From Thermoplasmata archaeon (GTDB lineage Archaea; Thermoplasmatota; Thermoplasmata; Lutacidiplasmatales; UBA184): a stretch of 64,000 bases of DNA. The stretch spans positions 2,202 through 66,201 of the forward strand of contig DATJWA010000001.1 in NCBI GenBank assembly GCA_035501555.1. Reading direction: 5' to 3'. Positions 27,694 through 37,594 of the stretch are shown here, in pieces (position 1 is the first letter of the stretch; every line of letters starts with the position of its first letter). Below the pieces are notes generated by a model that worked only from the letters and a program-made list of their open reading frames with translations, was not told where the DNA came from and made no database searches. Position numbers and translations under genes: made by a program.

Positions 27694-29007
27694 CTACGCG
27701 CCCCGGCGGAAGCGGCGGGGCTTCGGTACGGGGGCCTGCGTCTTCGGCGGGTGCTCGCCGATCACCCCGTCCCGTCGCAACCTCTCGAGCTTCTCGGCAG
27801 GGTAGCGGAGGAGGCCCCCGAGCACGGCCTCGTTGTCCTGGCCGAGCCACGGGGCCCCCCGCCACACACCCCCCGGCGTCTCCGAGAACCGGGGGGCGAC
27901 CCCGGCGCCTTTGACGCGGCCCGCCACCGGGTCGTCCCACTCGAGGAACATCCCCCGGGCGAGGTAGTGCGGGTCCCGGGCGATGTCCGCGATGTCGTAC
28001 ACCCGCGAGATCGCGACATCGTGCTCCCGTCCGAGCCGCTCGAGCTCGTCGCGGGTACGGGTCCGGCAGAACGCGGCGATCGCCCGGTCGACCGGTGCCC
28101 GATGGGCCAGCCGGTAATCCCGATCGTCATACTCCGGGTGCTGGAACCCGATGAGCTCGCGGAGCTGCACCCACGCGTCGGGGGTCGGCGCCGCGACGAC
28201 GACCCACCCGTCGGCCGCACGGTGGACGTCGTACGGATGCAGCCGCGGGTGCGCCCGGCCGTACCGGCCGCGCACGACGCCCCGCAGGAAGTAGTCGAGG
28301 GCGAGGTTCTCGAGCAGGATGAAGAAGACCTCGTACTGCGCGACGTCGACCGACTGCCCCCGGCCGGTCCGCTGCGCGGCGAAGTACCCCATCAGCCCGC
28401 CCATCGCGCCGGCGAGGCCGGTGACGGTGTCGTTGAGCGCCGTTCCGCTGCGCATCGGCGGAGCGGGGTCCGGATCGCCCTGCAACGAAAGGAAGCCGCT
28501 GAACGCCTGCGCGGTCAAATCGTAAGAGGGAGCCCGGACGCGGGCGGGCTCACCGGTCTGGCCGTACCCCGAGACGTGGACGATCGTCAACCGGGGGTTC
28601 GCCGCCCAGACCTCCTGGTCCGAGAGACCGAGCCGGTCGTAGGTCCCCGGGCGGGACGACTCGATCCAGATGTCCGACTCCCGAACCAGGTCGAGGAAGA
28701 CGCGGCGTCCCTCCGCGGTCCGCACGTCGAGGCCCACGGAGAGCTTGTTGCGCGAGTACTGCACCCACGACTCGGAGACCGGGTCCTTCTCCGTCGACGA
28801 CGGAGCGAGCGGACGCAGGGTCCGCGTCGCGTCGGCGTACGGGGGCTCGAACGGCGGACCCTCGACGTGGATGACCCGGGCCCCGAACTCCCCCAGGTAC
28901 GTCGCGGCCCACGGTCCGGCGACGAACCGGGCCGACTCGAGGACCCGCAGGCCGGCGAGCGGGCCGTACTCGGGGACCAAGCGGTCGCCCCGGGAAGGAG
29001 GGGACAC
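27694..29007 (-). CDS. CoA transferase, family III (CaiB/BaiF/formyl-CoA transferase-like)
   Basis: GPLAGLRVLESARFVAGPWAATYLGEFGARVIHVEGP at the N-terminus. Abuts the ACAD gene with no gap. Confidence 0.75.
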   Translation of the reverse strand: MSPPSRGDRLVPEYGPLAGLRVLESARFVAGPWAATYLGEFGARVIHVEGPPFEPPYADATRTLRPLAPSSTEKDPVSESWVQYSRNKLSVGLDVRTAEGRRVFLDLVRESDIWIESSRPGTYDRLGLSDQEVWAANPRLTIVHVSGYGQTGEPARVRAPSYDLTAQAFSGFLSLQGDPDPAPPMRSGTALNDTVTGLAGAMGGLMGYFAAQRTGRGQSVDVAQYEVFFILLENLALDYFLRGVVRGRYGRAHPRLHPYDVHRAADGWVVVAAPTPDAWVQLRELIGFQHPEYDDRDYRLAHRAPVDRAIAAFCRTRTRDELERLGREHDVAISRVYDIADIARDPHYLARGMFLEWDDPVAGRVKGAGVAPRFSETPGGVWRGAPWLGQDNEAVLGGLLRYPAEKLERLRRDGVIGEHPPKTQAPVPKPRRFRRGA

Positions 29008-29094
29008 GGGCTCGGAGCCGGCCCCGCGTCAATAACCCGGGGGGTTCAGCACTAAACCTCGGCCACCAAATACGCCCTCCCGCTCGAAACGCCC

Positions 29095-29832
29095 ATGACC
29101 GAGGCTCCTTGGGTCCGGTTCGAGGGCGAGAAGTTCCGCGACGAGCTCACGAAGTACAAGCTGGCCAACCATCCGTTCGCGACCCACCCGTTCTTCGCCC
29201 GGCTCGAGCGGGGGGAGGTCCCGAAACCCCTCGTCCAGGCCTGGGTCAAGCAGTTCTACCCGTGGCTCGCCACCGTGCCCATCGCGATGGCCGAGCGGTT
29301 CGCGAACTGCTCGTGGGAGCCGGCCAACGACCGCTACCGGCGGATGATCCTCGACCAGCTGGTCGAGGAGGCCGGCGACCCGAAAGGCAAGGAGCCCGGT
29401 CATCCCGAGCTCTGGCTGCGGTTCTGCGAGGGGATGGGGGTCCCTCGGGCCCAGGTCCAGTCCGCCCCCCTCCTGCCGAGCACCCTGGTCGCGATCGACG
29501 ACTTCCTCTACACGAACCGGGTCAACCCGTTCTACGTCTCCGCGGCCGGCTCGTCGGAGCCCCCGAACGTCCCGCTGTGCGCCCGGCTGCTCCCCGCCTT
29601 CCAGAAGCATTACCACGTCGACGACGCCCACCTCGAGTACTACCGGTTGCACGTGACCGCGGACGTCGAGCACAGCGAGTGGATCGGGCAGATCGTCGCG
29701 GGGTTCGCCTCCTCCCCGGAGGTCCGGCACCAGATGTGGGACCAGATGATGCGCGGGTTCAGCATCCACGCCCTGCTGGTGGACGGGGTGCTCGCGGAGT
29801 GGGACCGGACCGCCCCGCACAAGACTAAATAG
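29095..29832 (+). CDS. heme-oxygenase-like fold protein (TenA / PqqC / CADD family)
   Basis: HPFFARLERGEV...VQAWVKQFYPWL and HV(T/D)ADVEHSEW motifs recall the PqqC/CADD/TenA diiron-carboxylate fold. Subfamily not resolvable by eye. Confidence 0.4.
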   Translation: MTEAPWVRFEGEKFRDELTKYKLANHPFATHPFFARLERGEVPKPLVQAWVKQFYPWLATVPIAMAERFANCSWEPANDRYRRMILDQLVEEAGDPKGKEPGHPELWLRFCEGMGVPRAQVQSAPLLPSTLVAIDDFLYTNRVNPFYVSAAGSSEPPNVPLCARLLPAFQKHYHVDDAHLEYYRLHVTADVEHSEWIGQIVAGFASSPEVRHQMWDQMMRGFSIHALLVDGVLAEWDRTAPHKTK

Positions 29833-30025
29833 GGCTGCGAGGTGGCAAACGCCGATGTCGGACCCCTGTTCGGACCGCCGCCGTTCTCGGGCGGGCCGGA
29901 CGGCCGTCCGCACCTGGCTCTGGTGAACGGGAGGCGCCGGGAGGGCGCCCCCCCGACGTGCCCTGCACGGTGGCGGGCTCGCTCCCCCCGGCGTCTTCCT
30001 CTACGTTGAACACGGAGGGAAAACG

Positions 30026-30778
30026 ATGTACGGAAAAGCGATCCGACTGCGCCGCCTGTTCCCGAACCCGAACCGCCGGCTGTTCTCGGTGCCGCTCGAC
30101 CACGCGGTGACGATGGGCCCGATCGAGGGCCTCGAAGAGCTGGCCCCGCTCGCCGAGGAGCTGCAGGCCGCGGGGACGGACCTCTTGATCGTCACGAAGG
30201 GGGCGGTGCGCGAGGTCGCACCCGTCCTCGCCCCGACGACCCTGCTCGGGATCCACGTCTCCGCCTCCACGGCGCTCGGCCCCCGGGTGAACCGGAAGGT
30301 CCTGGTCGCGAGCGCGGCCGAGGCGGTCGGGCTCGGCGCGGACGTCCTCTCGCTCCAGGTGAACTTCGGGGTGCCCGAGGAGCCGGACATGCTCACCGAC
30401 CTCGGGGTGGCGGTCGACCAGTGCCGCCAGCTCGGGCTGCCCGTGCTGTGCATGGCCTACGTCAAGAAGGAGGGGGGCGGCACGCCGGAGGAGCTCCGCC
30501 ACGCTTCCCGCGCCGCCGCCGACCTCGGGGCGGACATCGTGAAGACGAGCTACCCCGGCTCGCTGGAAGAGTTCCGCCGGCTCTGTCGCACCACGCCCGT
30601 GCCGGTGCTCATCGGCGGCGGGGTGCGGGTCGAGCCCGAGTCGGCCTTCCTGCGGCTGGTCGAAGAGTCGGTCACCGCCGGCGGCGCGGGGATCTGCATC
30701 GGGCGAAACCTGTTCCAACGCCGCCCCGTCGGTCCCCTGGCCCGCCAGATCGCCGCGCGGCTGCACGGAGCCTCCTAG
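30026..30778 (+). CDS. aroA': 2-amino-3,7-dideoxy-D-threo-hept-6-ulosonate (ADH) synthase, class I aldolase (archaeal shikimate route, AroA')
   Basis: DhnA-type class I aldolase (LDHAVTMGP...ADIVKTSYPGS...IGGGV). First gene of the aro cluster, directly upstream of DHQ synthase II. Confidence 0.65.
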   Translation: MYGKAIRLRRLFPNPNRRLFSVPLDHAVTMGPIEGLEELAPLAEELQAAGTDLLIVTKGAVREVAPVLAPTTLLGIHVSASTALGPRVNRKVLVASAAEAVGLGADVLSLQVNFGVPEEPDMLTDLGVAVDQCRQLGLPVLCMAYVKKEGGGTPEELRHASRAAADLGADIVKTSYPGSLEEFRRLCRTTPVPVLIGGGVRVEPESAFLRLVEESVTAGGAGICIGRNLFQRRPVGPLARQIAARLHGAS

Positions 30779-30793
30779 GAGGAGCGGCGGGCG

Positions 30794-31822
30794 ATGTCTC
30801 GAGAGCGGGTCGCGATCCGTCCGCGGTCGGGGGACCCGGACCGTCGGACCGCGATCCTCGAGCGAGCCCGTCGTCGGGGGTTCCGCCGGTTCGTCCTCCC
30901 CTCCCACCCCCCACCGGTGGCCGCGCCCGGGGAGACGATCTTCCTCGAGCACGAGGGCCGGCTCGAGGTCGGCGAGCCGGGCCCCGAGCTGCCGATCTGT
31001 CGGATCGACTCGGAGGAGGAGCTCGCCCGCGAGGTCGAGCGGACCCCCTCCGGCGGGACCCTCGTGATCGAGTGGACCGCCGACCGGGTGATCCCCCTCG
31101 AGAACGCCATCGCGGCGCGGGGGCACCGGTTCTCGTTGTGGGTCGTTGCCCGCTCTCCGAGCGAAGTGCCGGGGGCCCTCGGCGCGCTCGAGCACGGCGC
31201 CGACCTGGTGATCGTCGACCTGCGCGGCCCCGAGGAGGTGGACGCTCTGGAGGCCCTCGTCGAGGGCCCGCTGCCGTCCCACCTGGCCTGGGTCGACCTT
31301 CCGATCGTGCACCTCGGCCCCGCCGGGCTCGGGGACCGCGTCATCGTCGACACGACCTCGTTGCTCCGTCCGGAAGAGGGGCTCCTGGTCGGCAGCGCCG
31401 CGGGGTTCCTCTTTCTCGTCACGAGCGAAGCCCTTGGCTCGAAGTTCAGCCGGCCCCGGCCGTTCCGCGTGAACGCGGGCGCCGCCCACTCCTACGTCCT
31501 GCTCGCGGACGGCTCGACCCGCTACCTCTCCGAGCTGGCCCCGGGCGACGCCGTTCTCGTCACCCAACCCGGCGGCGGGGCGCGCTCGGTTCGCGTCGGT
31601 CGCATCAAGATCGAGCGGCGCCCCATGGTCGTCATCACGGTGGACGACAACGGGCTCGCCCGGACCGTCTTCCTGCAAGAGGCGGAGTCGGTGCGGCTCT
31701 CGACCGAGAACGGCCCCCGCACGACGACCGACCTGGCGGTCGGCCCGAAAGTGCACGGGGTCCGCCTGCCACCGGCCCGACACCTCGGGCGTACGGTCGA
31801 GGAGACGATCGAGGAGCGATGA
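30794..31822 (+). CDS. aroB': 3-dehydroquinate synthase II (archaeal, AroB')
   Basis: 342 aa, archaeal DHQS-II family by architecture and context (FVLPSHPPPVAAPGETIFLEHEG...). ATGA overlap with the next gene. Confidence 0.7.
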   Translation: MSRERVAIRPRSGDPDRRTAILERARRRGFRRFVLPSHPPPVAAPGETIFLEHEGRLEVGEPGPELPICRIDSEEELAREVERTPSGGTLVIEWTADRVIPLENAIAARGHRFSLWVVARSPSEVPGALGALEHGADLVIVDLRGPEEVDALEALVEGPLPSHLAWVDLPIVHLGPAGLGDRVIVDTTSLLRPEEGLLVGSAAGFLFLVTSEALGSKFSRPRPFRVNAGAAHSYVLLADGSTRYLSELAPGDAVLVTQPGGGARSVRVGRIKIERRPMVVITVDDNGLARTVFLQEAESVRLSTENGPRTTTDLAVGPKVHGVRLPPARHLGRTVEETIEER

Positions 31823-33339
31823 ACCCGGCGGGCCCCGCCCTCGTCGTCACGCTGCCGGCCCGCTCGGCCGCCGTCGCCCGCGAGGAGGCCCTCCGAGCCC
31901 AGGAGGCCGGGGCTGACTACGCCGAGGTTCGATTCGACCGGTGGCCCCCGGCCGAGCGCGACCGCGCCCCCACGCTCTTCCCCTCCCCCCTCCCGCTCGT
32001 GGCGACCCTTCGCTCCCAGGCCGAGGGCGGAGAAGGCCCCGACGACCCCGACGAGCGTCGGTCGATCCTCTCCGGGCTGGGCCGCCTACCGTTCGCCTAC
32101 CTCGACCTCGAGACAGCACGCGACCGGGCTCCGCGGGAGCTCCTGCAGGCGACCGGGACGCCGCCCTTGGGTCGAACGATCCGCTCGACGCACCTCCCCG
32201 CGGGGAGCTCGCTCGACCTCATTCTTCGGACCCTCCAGGAGTCGGTCGAACCCAACGAGGTGCGCAAGGTGGTCGTCCCCCTTCCGACCGGGGTCGCCGT
32301 GACGGAGCTTCTGCCGACCCTAGCATCATCCCCGATGGCCCCGGGCCACCTCCTCCTTACGACGGGCGGTTCGGGTCCCCTCCTCCGAGCCTTGGGGAAG
32401 CGCCTCCGACTTCCGCTGGTCTTCTCGGCCCCGGCGCTCGATACCGCCTCGCCCGGGCTGTTGCCGGTGGAGGAGGCCCAGCTTCCCGTGGACCAGCTGC
32501 GTCGCTACTTTGACGCCCCGGGGGAACCCCCGCTGTTCGCGGTCCTCGGCCACCCGGTCCGTCACTCGCTGAGCCCCCGGATCCACGCGCGTTGGATGGC
32601 GGCCACCGGGCAGGTGGGGCTGTACTTCCCGCTCGAGATCGTCTCCGAGGAAGAGCTGCGGGCGACGATGGCTCGCCTCGGCCCGCTCGGGTTCCGGGGC
32701 CTGAACGTCACGCATCCCTGGAAGGCCGCCGCCCTGTCGCTGGCCCTACGCCCTTCATCCACCGCCGCGGAGTGCGGAGCCGCCAATTGCCTGTCGTTCG
32801 CCGCCGACGGGATCGTCGCCGACAACACGGACGTCGCCGCGGCCCGCCGCCGGCTCTCGGAGCTCCGCTCCCAGGAGAAGTGGGCCGGGGACCGGCTGAC
32901 CGTCCTCGGCGGGGGCGGGGCCGCTCGCGCCACCCTGGCCGCCGCCCGGAGCCTCGGGGCCCGGGCGACGGTCGTGGCCCGCCGACGCCATGTCGCCGAG
33001 GAGGCCGCTCGGACGTTCGGCGCGGAGGTCGGCGACCCGAAGCACCCCGTCCCGGCCCTGTTGGTCGTGCAGGCGACGAGCGCCGGCCACGACGTCCATC
33101 ACCCGCTCGAGCTTCCTCTGCCGCAGCTGGTCCAGCGGGGAGGCTACGTCCTCGACTGGGTCTACGGCGGGACCGACGCTTCCGTGGCTCGGGACGCACA
33201 CCGAGCCGGGGCGGAGTACGAGGGAGGGGAGCGGCTCCTCGTCTACCAGGCGGCCGCCAGCTTCGAGGCCTGGTGGGGACAGGCTCCGCCGACGCCGGCG
33301 GTCGACGCCGTGCTCCGGGAGGTCGGATGCGCGGCCTAG
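31819..33339 (+). CDS. aroDE: bifunctional 3-dehydroquinate dehydratase (type I) / shikimate 5-dehydrogenase fusion
   Basis: N-terminal half is type I DHQase-like. C-terminal half has the AroE Rossmann (LTVLGGGGAARATLAAA) and the substrate motif GLNVTHPWK. The 972-aa ORF in the track is a frame run-on; start at ATG 31819. Confidence 0.7.
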   Translation: MNPAGPALVVTLPARSAAVAREEALRAQEAGADYAEVRFDRWPPAERDRAPTLFPSPLPLVATLRSQAEGGEGPDDPDERRSILSGLGRLPFAYLDLETARDRAPRELLQATGTPPLGRTIRSTHLPAGSSLDLILRTLQESVEPNEVRKVVVPLPTGVAVTELLPTLASSPMAPGHLLLTTGGSGPLLRALGKRLRLPLVFSAPALDTASPGLLPVEEAQLPVDQLRRYFDAPGEPPLFAVLGHPVRHSLSPRIHARWMAATGQVGLYFPLEIVSEEELRATMARLGPLGFRGLNVTHPWKAAALSLALRPSSTAAECGAANCLSFAADGIVADNTDVAAARRRLSELRSQEKWAGDRLTVLGGGGAARATLAAARSLGARATVVARRRHVAEEAARTFGAEVGDPKHPVPALLVVQATSAGHDVHHPLELPLPQLVQRGGYVLDWVYGGTDASVARDAHRAGAEYEGGERLLVYQAAASFEAWWGQAPPTPAVDAVLREVGCAA

Positions 33340-34172
33340 GACGCTCGTCGGCCGCGATCTCGGTCGTCAACGCGCTGGCCACCGGCATCGGCTGCGCGGT
33401 CGGGGTCCGACTGTACGCGGCCGCCTCCCTCGACCTCGAGCCCGCGGCCACGCCGGGGCTGGTCGTCGAACCCGCGGAGTCGGGGACTCCGCTGGTGCGA
33501 GCCTCCGTGGAGCGGGCGCTAGGCGCGGCGGCCCCGGGGAAGGCCTTCTCCGCCCGGCTCCACCTGGACTCGGAGATCCCGGTGGCGAAGGGTCTGAAGA
33601 GCTCGAGCGCGGTGTCGACCGCGGTCATCCGCGCGGTCGATCGGGCCCTCGGGACCGAGTCCACGGACCTAGACGTCGCGGCGCTCGCGGCCCGGGTCGG
33701 GCGGGAGGTCGGAGTGAGCGCGACCGGCGCGCTCGACGATGCGTTGGCGAGCCTGGTGCCCGGCTTCGTCGTGACCAACAATCGAGAGGACCGCCTGCTC
33801 CTTCGCGCTCCGGTCGACCCGGAGTGGACGGCCGTCGTCCACGTTCCGCCGGGCACTCATCCCCCGTCGGCCGCTGTTCGGGAACGCTTCCACCCCTGGG
33901 GGCGCGAGGGCTCCGCAGCCGCCGAAGCCGCCCTGCGGGGAGAGTGGGCCGACGCGATGCACCGGAACACCAGCCTCGTCGAGCGCGTCATGGGGTACAA
34001 GTACGCGGGTCTGCGCCACCTGCTCGCCGGAGCCGGAGCGGTGGCCAGCGGGGTCAGCGGGATGGGGCCCGCCCTGGTCGCGCTCGCTCCCCGGCACCGG
34101 GCGGCCGGCGTACTGGCGGCCATGCCCCCCGAGCGGTTCACGGTCCCTCTCTGCACGGAGGCTCGTCCGTGA
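33327..34172 (+). CDS. aroK: shikimate kinase, archaeal GHMP-kinase type
   Basis: GHMP motif PVAKGLKSSSAV. Position between aroDE and aroA as in archaeal aro clusters. GTGA overlap with aroA. Confidence 0.65.
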   Translation: MRGLGRSSAAISVVNALATGIGCAVGVRLYAAASLDLEPAATPGLVVEPAESGTPLVRASVERALGAAAPGKAFSARLHLDSEIPVAKGLKSSSAVSTAVIRAVDRALGTESTDLDVAALAARVGREVGVSATGALDDALASLVPGFVVTNNREDRLLLRAPVDPEWTAVVHVPPGTHPPSAAVRERFHPWGREGSAAAEAALRGEWADAMHRNTSLVERVMGYKYAGLRHLLAGAGAVASGVSGMGPALVALAPRHRAAGVLAAMPPERFTVPLCTEARP

Positions 34173-35437
34173 CCGGCATCCGGGTGTACCCCGGTAGCGT
34201 GCGCGGACGGGTACGCGCCCCTCCGTCGAAGAGCTACACCCATCGCGCCCTGGTCGTCGGCTACCTCTCGGGCCACCCGTTCCGCGTCGAGCGACCGCTG
34301 GACGCGGACGACACCCGGCGAACGGCGGAGGCGATCCGTCGGCTCGGTGCCTCGGTCACTCGAAGGGACGCGAGATGGACGGTAAAGCCGGGTAGGCCCC
34401 CTCGAACGCGACGTGTGTCGGTCGACTGCGGCGAGTCCGGAACCACGCTGCGGTTCGCCGTCGCGCTCGCGGCCCGGCAAGGCACTCGGGTCCGGTTCAC
34501 CGGCCGGGAGCGCCTCGGACAGCGGCCGATGCGCGCGCTCCTCCGCGGCCTCCGCTCGCTCGGCGCCTCGATACGGGTCTCCAAGCACGGTCTGCCGCTC
34601 GAGGTTAGTGGCCCGATCCACGGTGGCCCCATCACCCTGGACGCCTCCGTGAGCTCCCAGTTCCTCTCCTCGCTCCTCCTCGCCTTGCCGACCCTCGAAG
34701 GGGACTCCCGTATCGTCCTTACCGGCCCCGTGGTCTCGTCTCCGTACATCGACGCGACCCTAGCCGTCCTCAACCACCAGGGCGTCCGGGTCGCACGCCG
34801 CGGTCGCTCTTTCCAGATCCCCGGGGGACAGCGGTTCCGGGGCCGTTCGTTCCGCGTGCCGGGTGACGCATCCAGCGCGGCTTACCTCTGGGCCGCCGGA
34901 GCGGTCGCCGGAGGACCCGTTCGGGTAGACGGGGTCCCCCCCGCCTGGCCCCAGGCGGACCGAGCGGCGACGGAGCTGCTCGCTCACGCCGGCGCGGCCG
35001 TCCGGGAGATCGGCAGCTCCGTAGCGGTCGGTGCCGGCCGTCCGCGACCGTTCACGGTCGACCTCACCGATTCACCGGACCTGTACCCGCTCGCGGGCGT
35101 GCTGGCGGCGCTCACCCCCGGAACGAGTCGGCTGAGGGGGGCCGCGCATGTGGTCCACAAGGAATCCGACCGCCGGGCCGGGACCGCGCGCCTCGCCCGG
35201 GCCTTCGGGGCCCGCGTCCGGACGAATGCTGGAGGACTCACGATCGAGGGGACCGACTCACCCCGTCGTGTCTCCCTCACGGACCTCACCGACCACCGCC
35301 TTCTCATGAGCGCGGCCGTCGGGGCCTTGAGCGCGGACGGCCCGAGCCGGCTCGGCCCGGCCGAAGCGGTGGAGAAGTCGTTCCCCGGTTTCTGGGATTC
35401 GATGCGGGCGCTGGGGGCGGAGGTAGAGGGACCGTGA
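34169..35437 (+). CDS. aroA: 3-phosphoshikimate 1-carboxyvinyltransferase (EPSP synthase)
   Basis: PPSKSYTHRALV, GESGTTLRF, and LDASVSSQFLSSLLLALP motifs. GTG start at 34169. Confidence 0.8.
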   Translation: MTGIRVYPGSVRGRVRAPPSKSYTHRALVVGYLSGHPFRVERPLDADDTRRTAEAIRRLGASVTRRDARWTVKPGRPPRTRRVSVDCGESGTTLRFAVALAARQGTRVRFTGRERLGQRPMRALLRGLRSLGASIRVSKHGLPLEVSGPIHGGPITLDASVSSQFLSSLLLALPTLEGDSRIVLTGPVVSSPYIDATLAVLNHQGVRVARRGRSFQIPGGQRFRGRSFRVPGDASSAAYLWAAGAVAGGPVRVDGVPPAWPQADRAATELLAHAGAAVREIGSSVAVGAGRPRPFTVDLTDSPDLYPLAGVLAALTPGTSRLRGAAHVVHKESDRRAGTARLARAFGARVRTNAGGLTIEGTDSPRRVSLTDLTDHRLLMSAAVGALSADGPSRLGPAEAVEKSFPGFWDSMRALGAEVEGP

Positions 35438-36519
35438 TGCAGTTCGGGGAGCGGTTGCGGATGACGATCTTCGGTACGAGCCACGGCCCCGAAGTCGGAG
35501 TGGTGGTGGAGGGTCTCCCGGCAGGGACGCCGGTCGACCTGGCGGCGGTCCAGCGGCAGCTCGACCGGCGCCGGCCGGTCGGCCGTCGCCTCGCCACCAA
35601 GCGTCAGGAGGAGGACCGGCTCGTCGTGGACCGGGGGGTCGTCGACGGGGTCGCGGACGGAACCGAGTTCCGTGCCCACGTGGCCAACGAGGACGTCCGG
35701 CGGGAACCGTACGACCGGCTGAAGGACGTCCCGCGTCCGGGGCACGCCGACTTTCCGGCGCGGGTCCGCTACGGGGCCGAGGCGGACCTGTCGGGCGGCG
35801 GCATCTTCTCGGGCCGGATGACCGTCGGGCTCGTGATCGCGGGCGTGCTCGCCGAAGGTCTCCTGGCTCGGCGCGGCATCGGGGTGGCCGCGTTCACCCG
35901 GTCGATCGGCGCGGTCGACGCGTCCGTGCCGGACGACCTCGACCTCTCCTCCCTGCGCCGCCTCGCCTCCCAGAACGAGGTGGAGAGCCCGGACGCGGCG
36001 GCGGCGGTCCGCATGGAGGCCGCGATCCTCGAGGCTCGTCGCGAGGGCGACAGTCTCGGCGGGGTCGTGGAGGTGCGGGCGGTCGGCCTGCCGGTCGGCC
36101 TCGGAGAGCCGTTCTTCGACTCGGTCGAGAGCGTGGTCGCCCACGCCCTGTTCTCCATCCCGGCGGTCAAGGCCGTGGAGTTCGGGGCGGGGTTCGCCGC
36201 CGCGAGGATGCGGGGCAGTCAGCACAACGACCCGTTCATCCTCGAGGGCGAACGGGTCCGCACGAGCTCGAACCACGCCGGAGGGATCCTCGGGGGGCTC
36301 ACCAACGGCATGCCGCTCGTCGCCCGCGTCGCGATCAAGCCGACCGCGTCGATCGCCCGGCCGCAGCGTTCCGTCGACCTCGTCCGTCGGACCGAGACGA
36401 CCGTGACGGTGACCGGGCGGCACGACCCGTGCATCGTGCCGCGCGCCGTGGGCGTGGTCGAGCACGTGACCGCGTTCGCGCTCGCCGACCTCGGGCTCCG
36501 CGGGGGGTTCCTTCCGTGA
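35434..36519 (+). CDS. aroC: chorismate synthase
   Basis: MQFGERLRMTIFGTSHGPEVGVVVEGLPAG, and GRHDPCIVPRA near the C-terminus. Confidence 0.85.
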   Translation: MMQFGERLRMTIFGTSHGPEVGVVVEGLPAGTPVDLAAVQRQLDRRRPVGRRLATKRQEEDRLVVDRGVVDGVADGTEFRAHVANEDVRREPYDRLKDVPRPGHADFPARVRYGAEADLSGGGIFSGRMTVGLVIAGVLAEGLLARRGIGVAAFTRSIGAVDASVPDDLDLSSLRRLASQNEVESPDAAAAVRMEAAILEARREGDSLGGVVEVRAVGLPVGLGEPFFDSVESVVAHALFSIPAVKAVEFGAGFAAARMRGSQHNDPFILEGERVRTSSNHAGGILGGLTNGMPLVARVAIKPTASIARPQRSVDLVRRTETTVTVTGRHDPCIVPRAVGVVEHVTAFALADLGLRGGFLP

Positions 36520-37589
36520 CGGAGGAGCGGGTCCCGACCGCAATCCTCGGCGCGAGCGGCTACATCGGTCAGCACTTCGCCCGGCTGCTCGCCGAGCACC
36601 CCCAGTTCGCGGCGCCGCGGCTGGTCGGAACGGGCCGCTCGCACGGCCGGCGCCTCGGCGACGTCTGGGTCCTCGCCGAGCCCACACCCTCCTCGCTCGA
36701 GTCGGTGCGGCTCGAGGAGGCATCGCCGGCCCGGCTCGCCCGCTCCGGCGTCCGCGTGGTCTTCTCGGCCCTTCCCTCGGGCACCGCGGGGCCGATCGAG
36801 AGCGAGCTGGTCCGTCGGGGGGTCTCGGTCTTCTCGAACGCGGCGGACCACCGGCTCGACCCGCGCGTCCCGCTCCTCGTCCCTGAGGTCAACGCCGACC
36901 ACCTCGCGCTCGCCCTGCCGACGCGGAGGGGCCGCGGCCTTCTCGTGACGAACCCGAACTGTTCGACGACCGGGCTCGTCCTCTCGCTCGCCCCGCTCGT
37001 TCGGCTCCTCCGACCCCGCACGGTACATGTCACGACGTTCCAGTCGCTCTCCGGAGCCGGGTACCCCGGGGTTCCGTCCCTCGCGATCGCCGACAACGTG
37101 GTCCCGTACATCCCCGCGGAGGAGGAGAAGATGGCCCGGGAGTCCGCGCGGCTGCTTGGTCGCCGACGAGGCACGGAGGTCGTCGGGGCGCGGTTCCCGG
37201 TCCTCGCCTCGTGCGCGCGCGTCGCGACCCGCGAAGGCCACCTCGAGGCGGTCACGGTCGAGGCGACGGTCCCGACAACGCGAGAACGGATCGCGGGGGC
37301 CTGGACCGGGTTCGACCCGCTCGCCCGGCTGGGGCTCGCCACCGCCCCGCACCCGCCGGTCGAGCTCCACGCGGGGAGCGACCGGCCCCAGCCGTTGCGC
37401 GACCGGTGGGCGGGCAACCCCGCTCGGGCTCGCGGGATGGCAGCGGTCGTGGGGCGGGTCCGATGGGAGTACCCCTACCTCCGCTACTTCGTCCTCTCCC
37501 ACAACGCCGTGCGCGGGGGAGCCGGCGGTTCGGTCCTCAACGCCGAGTACGCGCTCGCCCGGGACGCCATCCCCCCGAGGAGGTCCTGA
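36516..37589 (+). CDS. asd: aspartate-semialdehyde dehydrogenase
   Basis: N-terminal Rossmann ILGASGYIGQHFARLL, and the catalytic Cys context NPNCSTTGLVLSLAPL. GTGA overlap with aroC. Confidence 0.75.
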   Translation: MTEERVPTAILGASGYIGQHFARLLAEHPQFAAPRLVGTGRSHGRRLGDVWVLAEPTPSSLESVRLEEASPARLARSGVRVVFSALPSGTAGPIESELVRRGVSVFSNAADHRLDPRVPLLVPEVNADHLALALPTRRGRGLLVTNPNCSTTGLVLSLAPLVRLLRPRTVHVTTFQSLSGAGYPGVPSLAIADNVVPYIPAEEEKMARESARLLGRRRGTEVVGARFPVLASCARVATREGHLEAVTVEATVPTTRERIAGAWTGFDPLARLGLATAPHPPVELHAGSDRPQPLRDRWAGNPARARGMAAVVGRVRWEYPYLRYFVLSHNAVRGGAGGSVLNAEYALARDAIPPRRS

Positions 37590-37594
37590 GCTAC

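Noticed and set aside
30421-33339. 972-aa plus-strand ORF spanning the ADH synthase to aroDE region
   Set aside because: This is a frame run-on. Only its last roughly 506 aa (from ATG 31819) form the real aroD-aroE fusion. The upstream part is a Pro/Arg-rich alternate-frame translation of the ADH synthase and DHQ synthase II genes.
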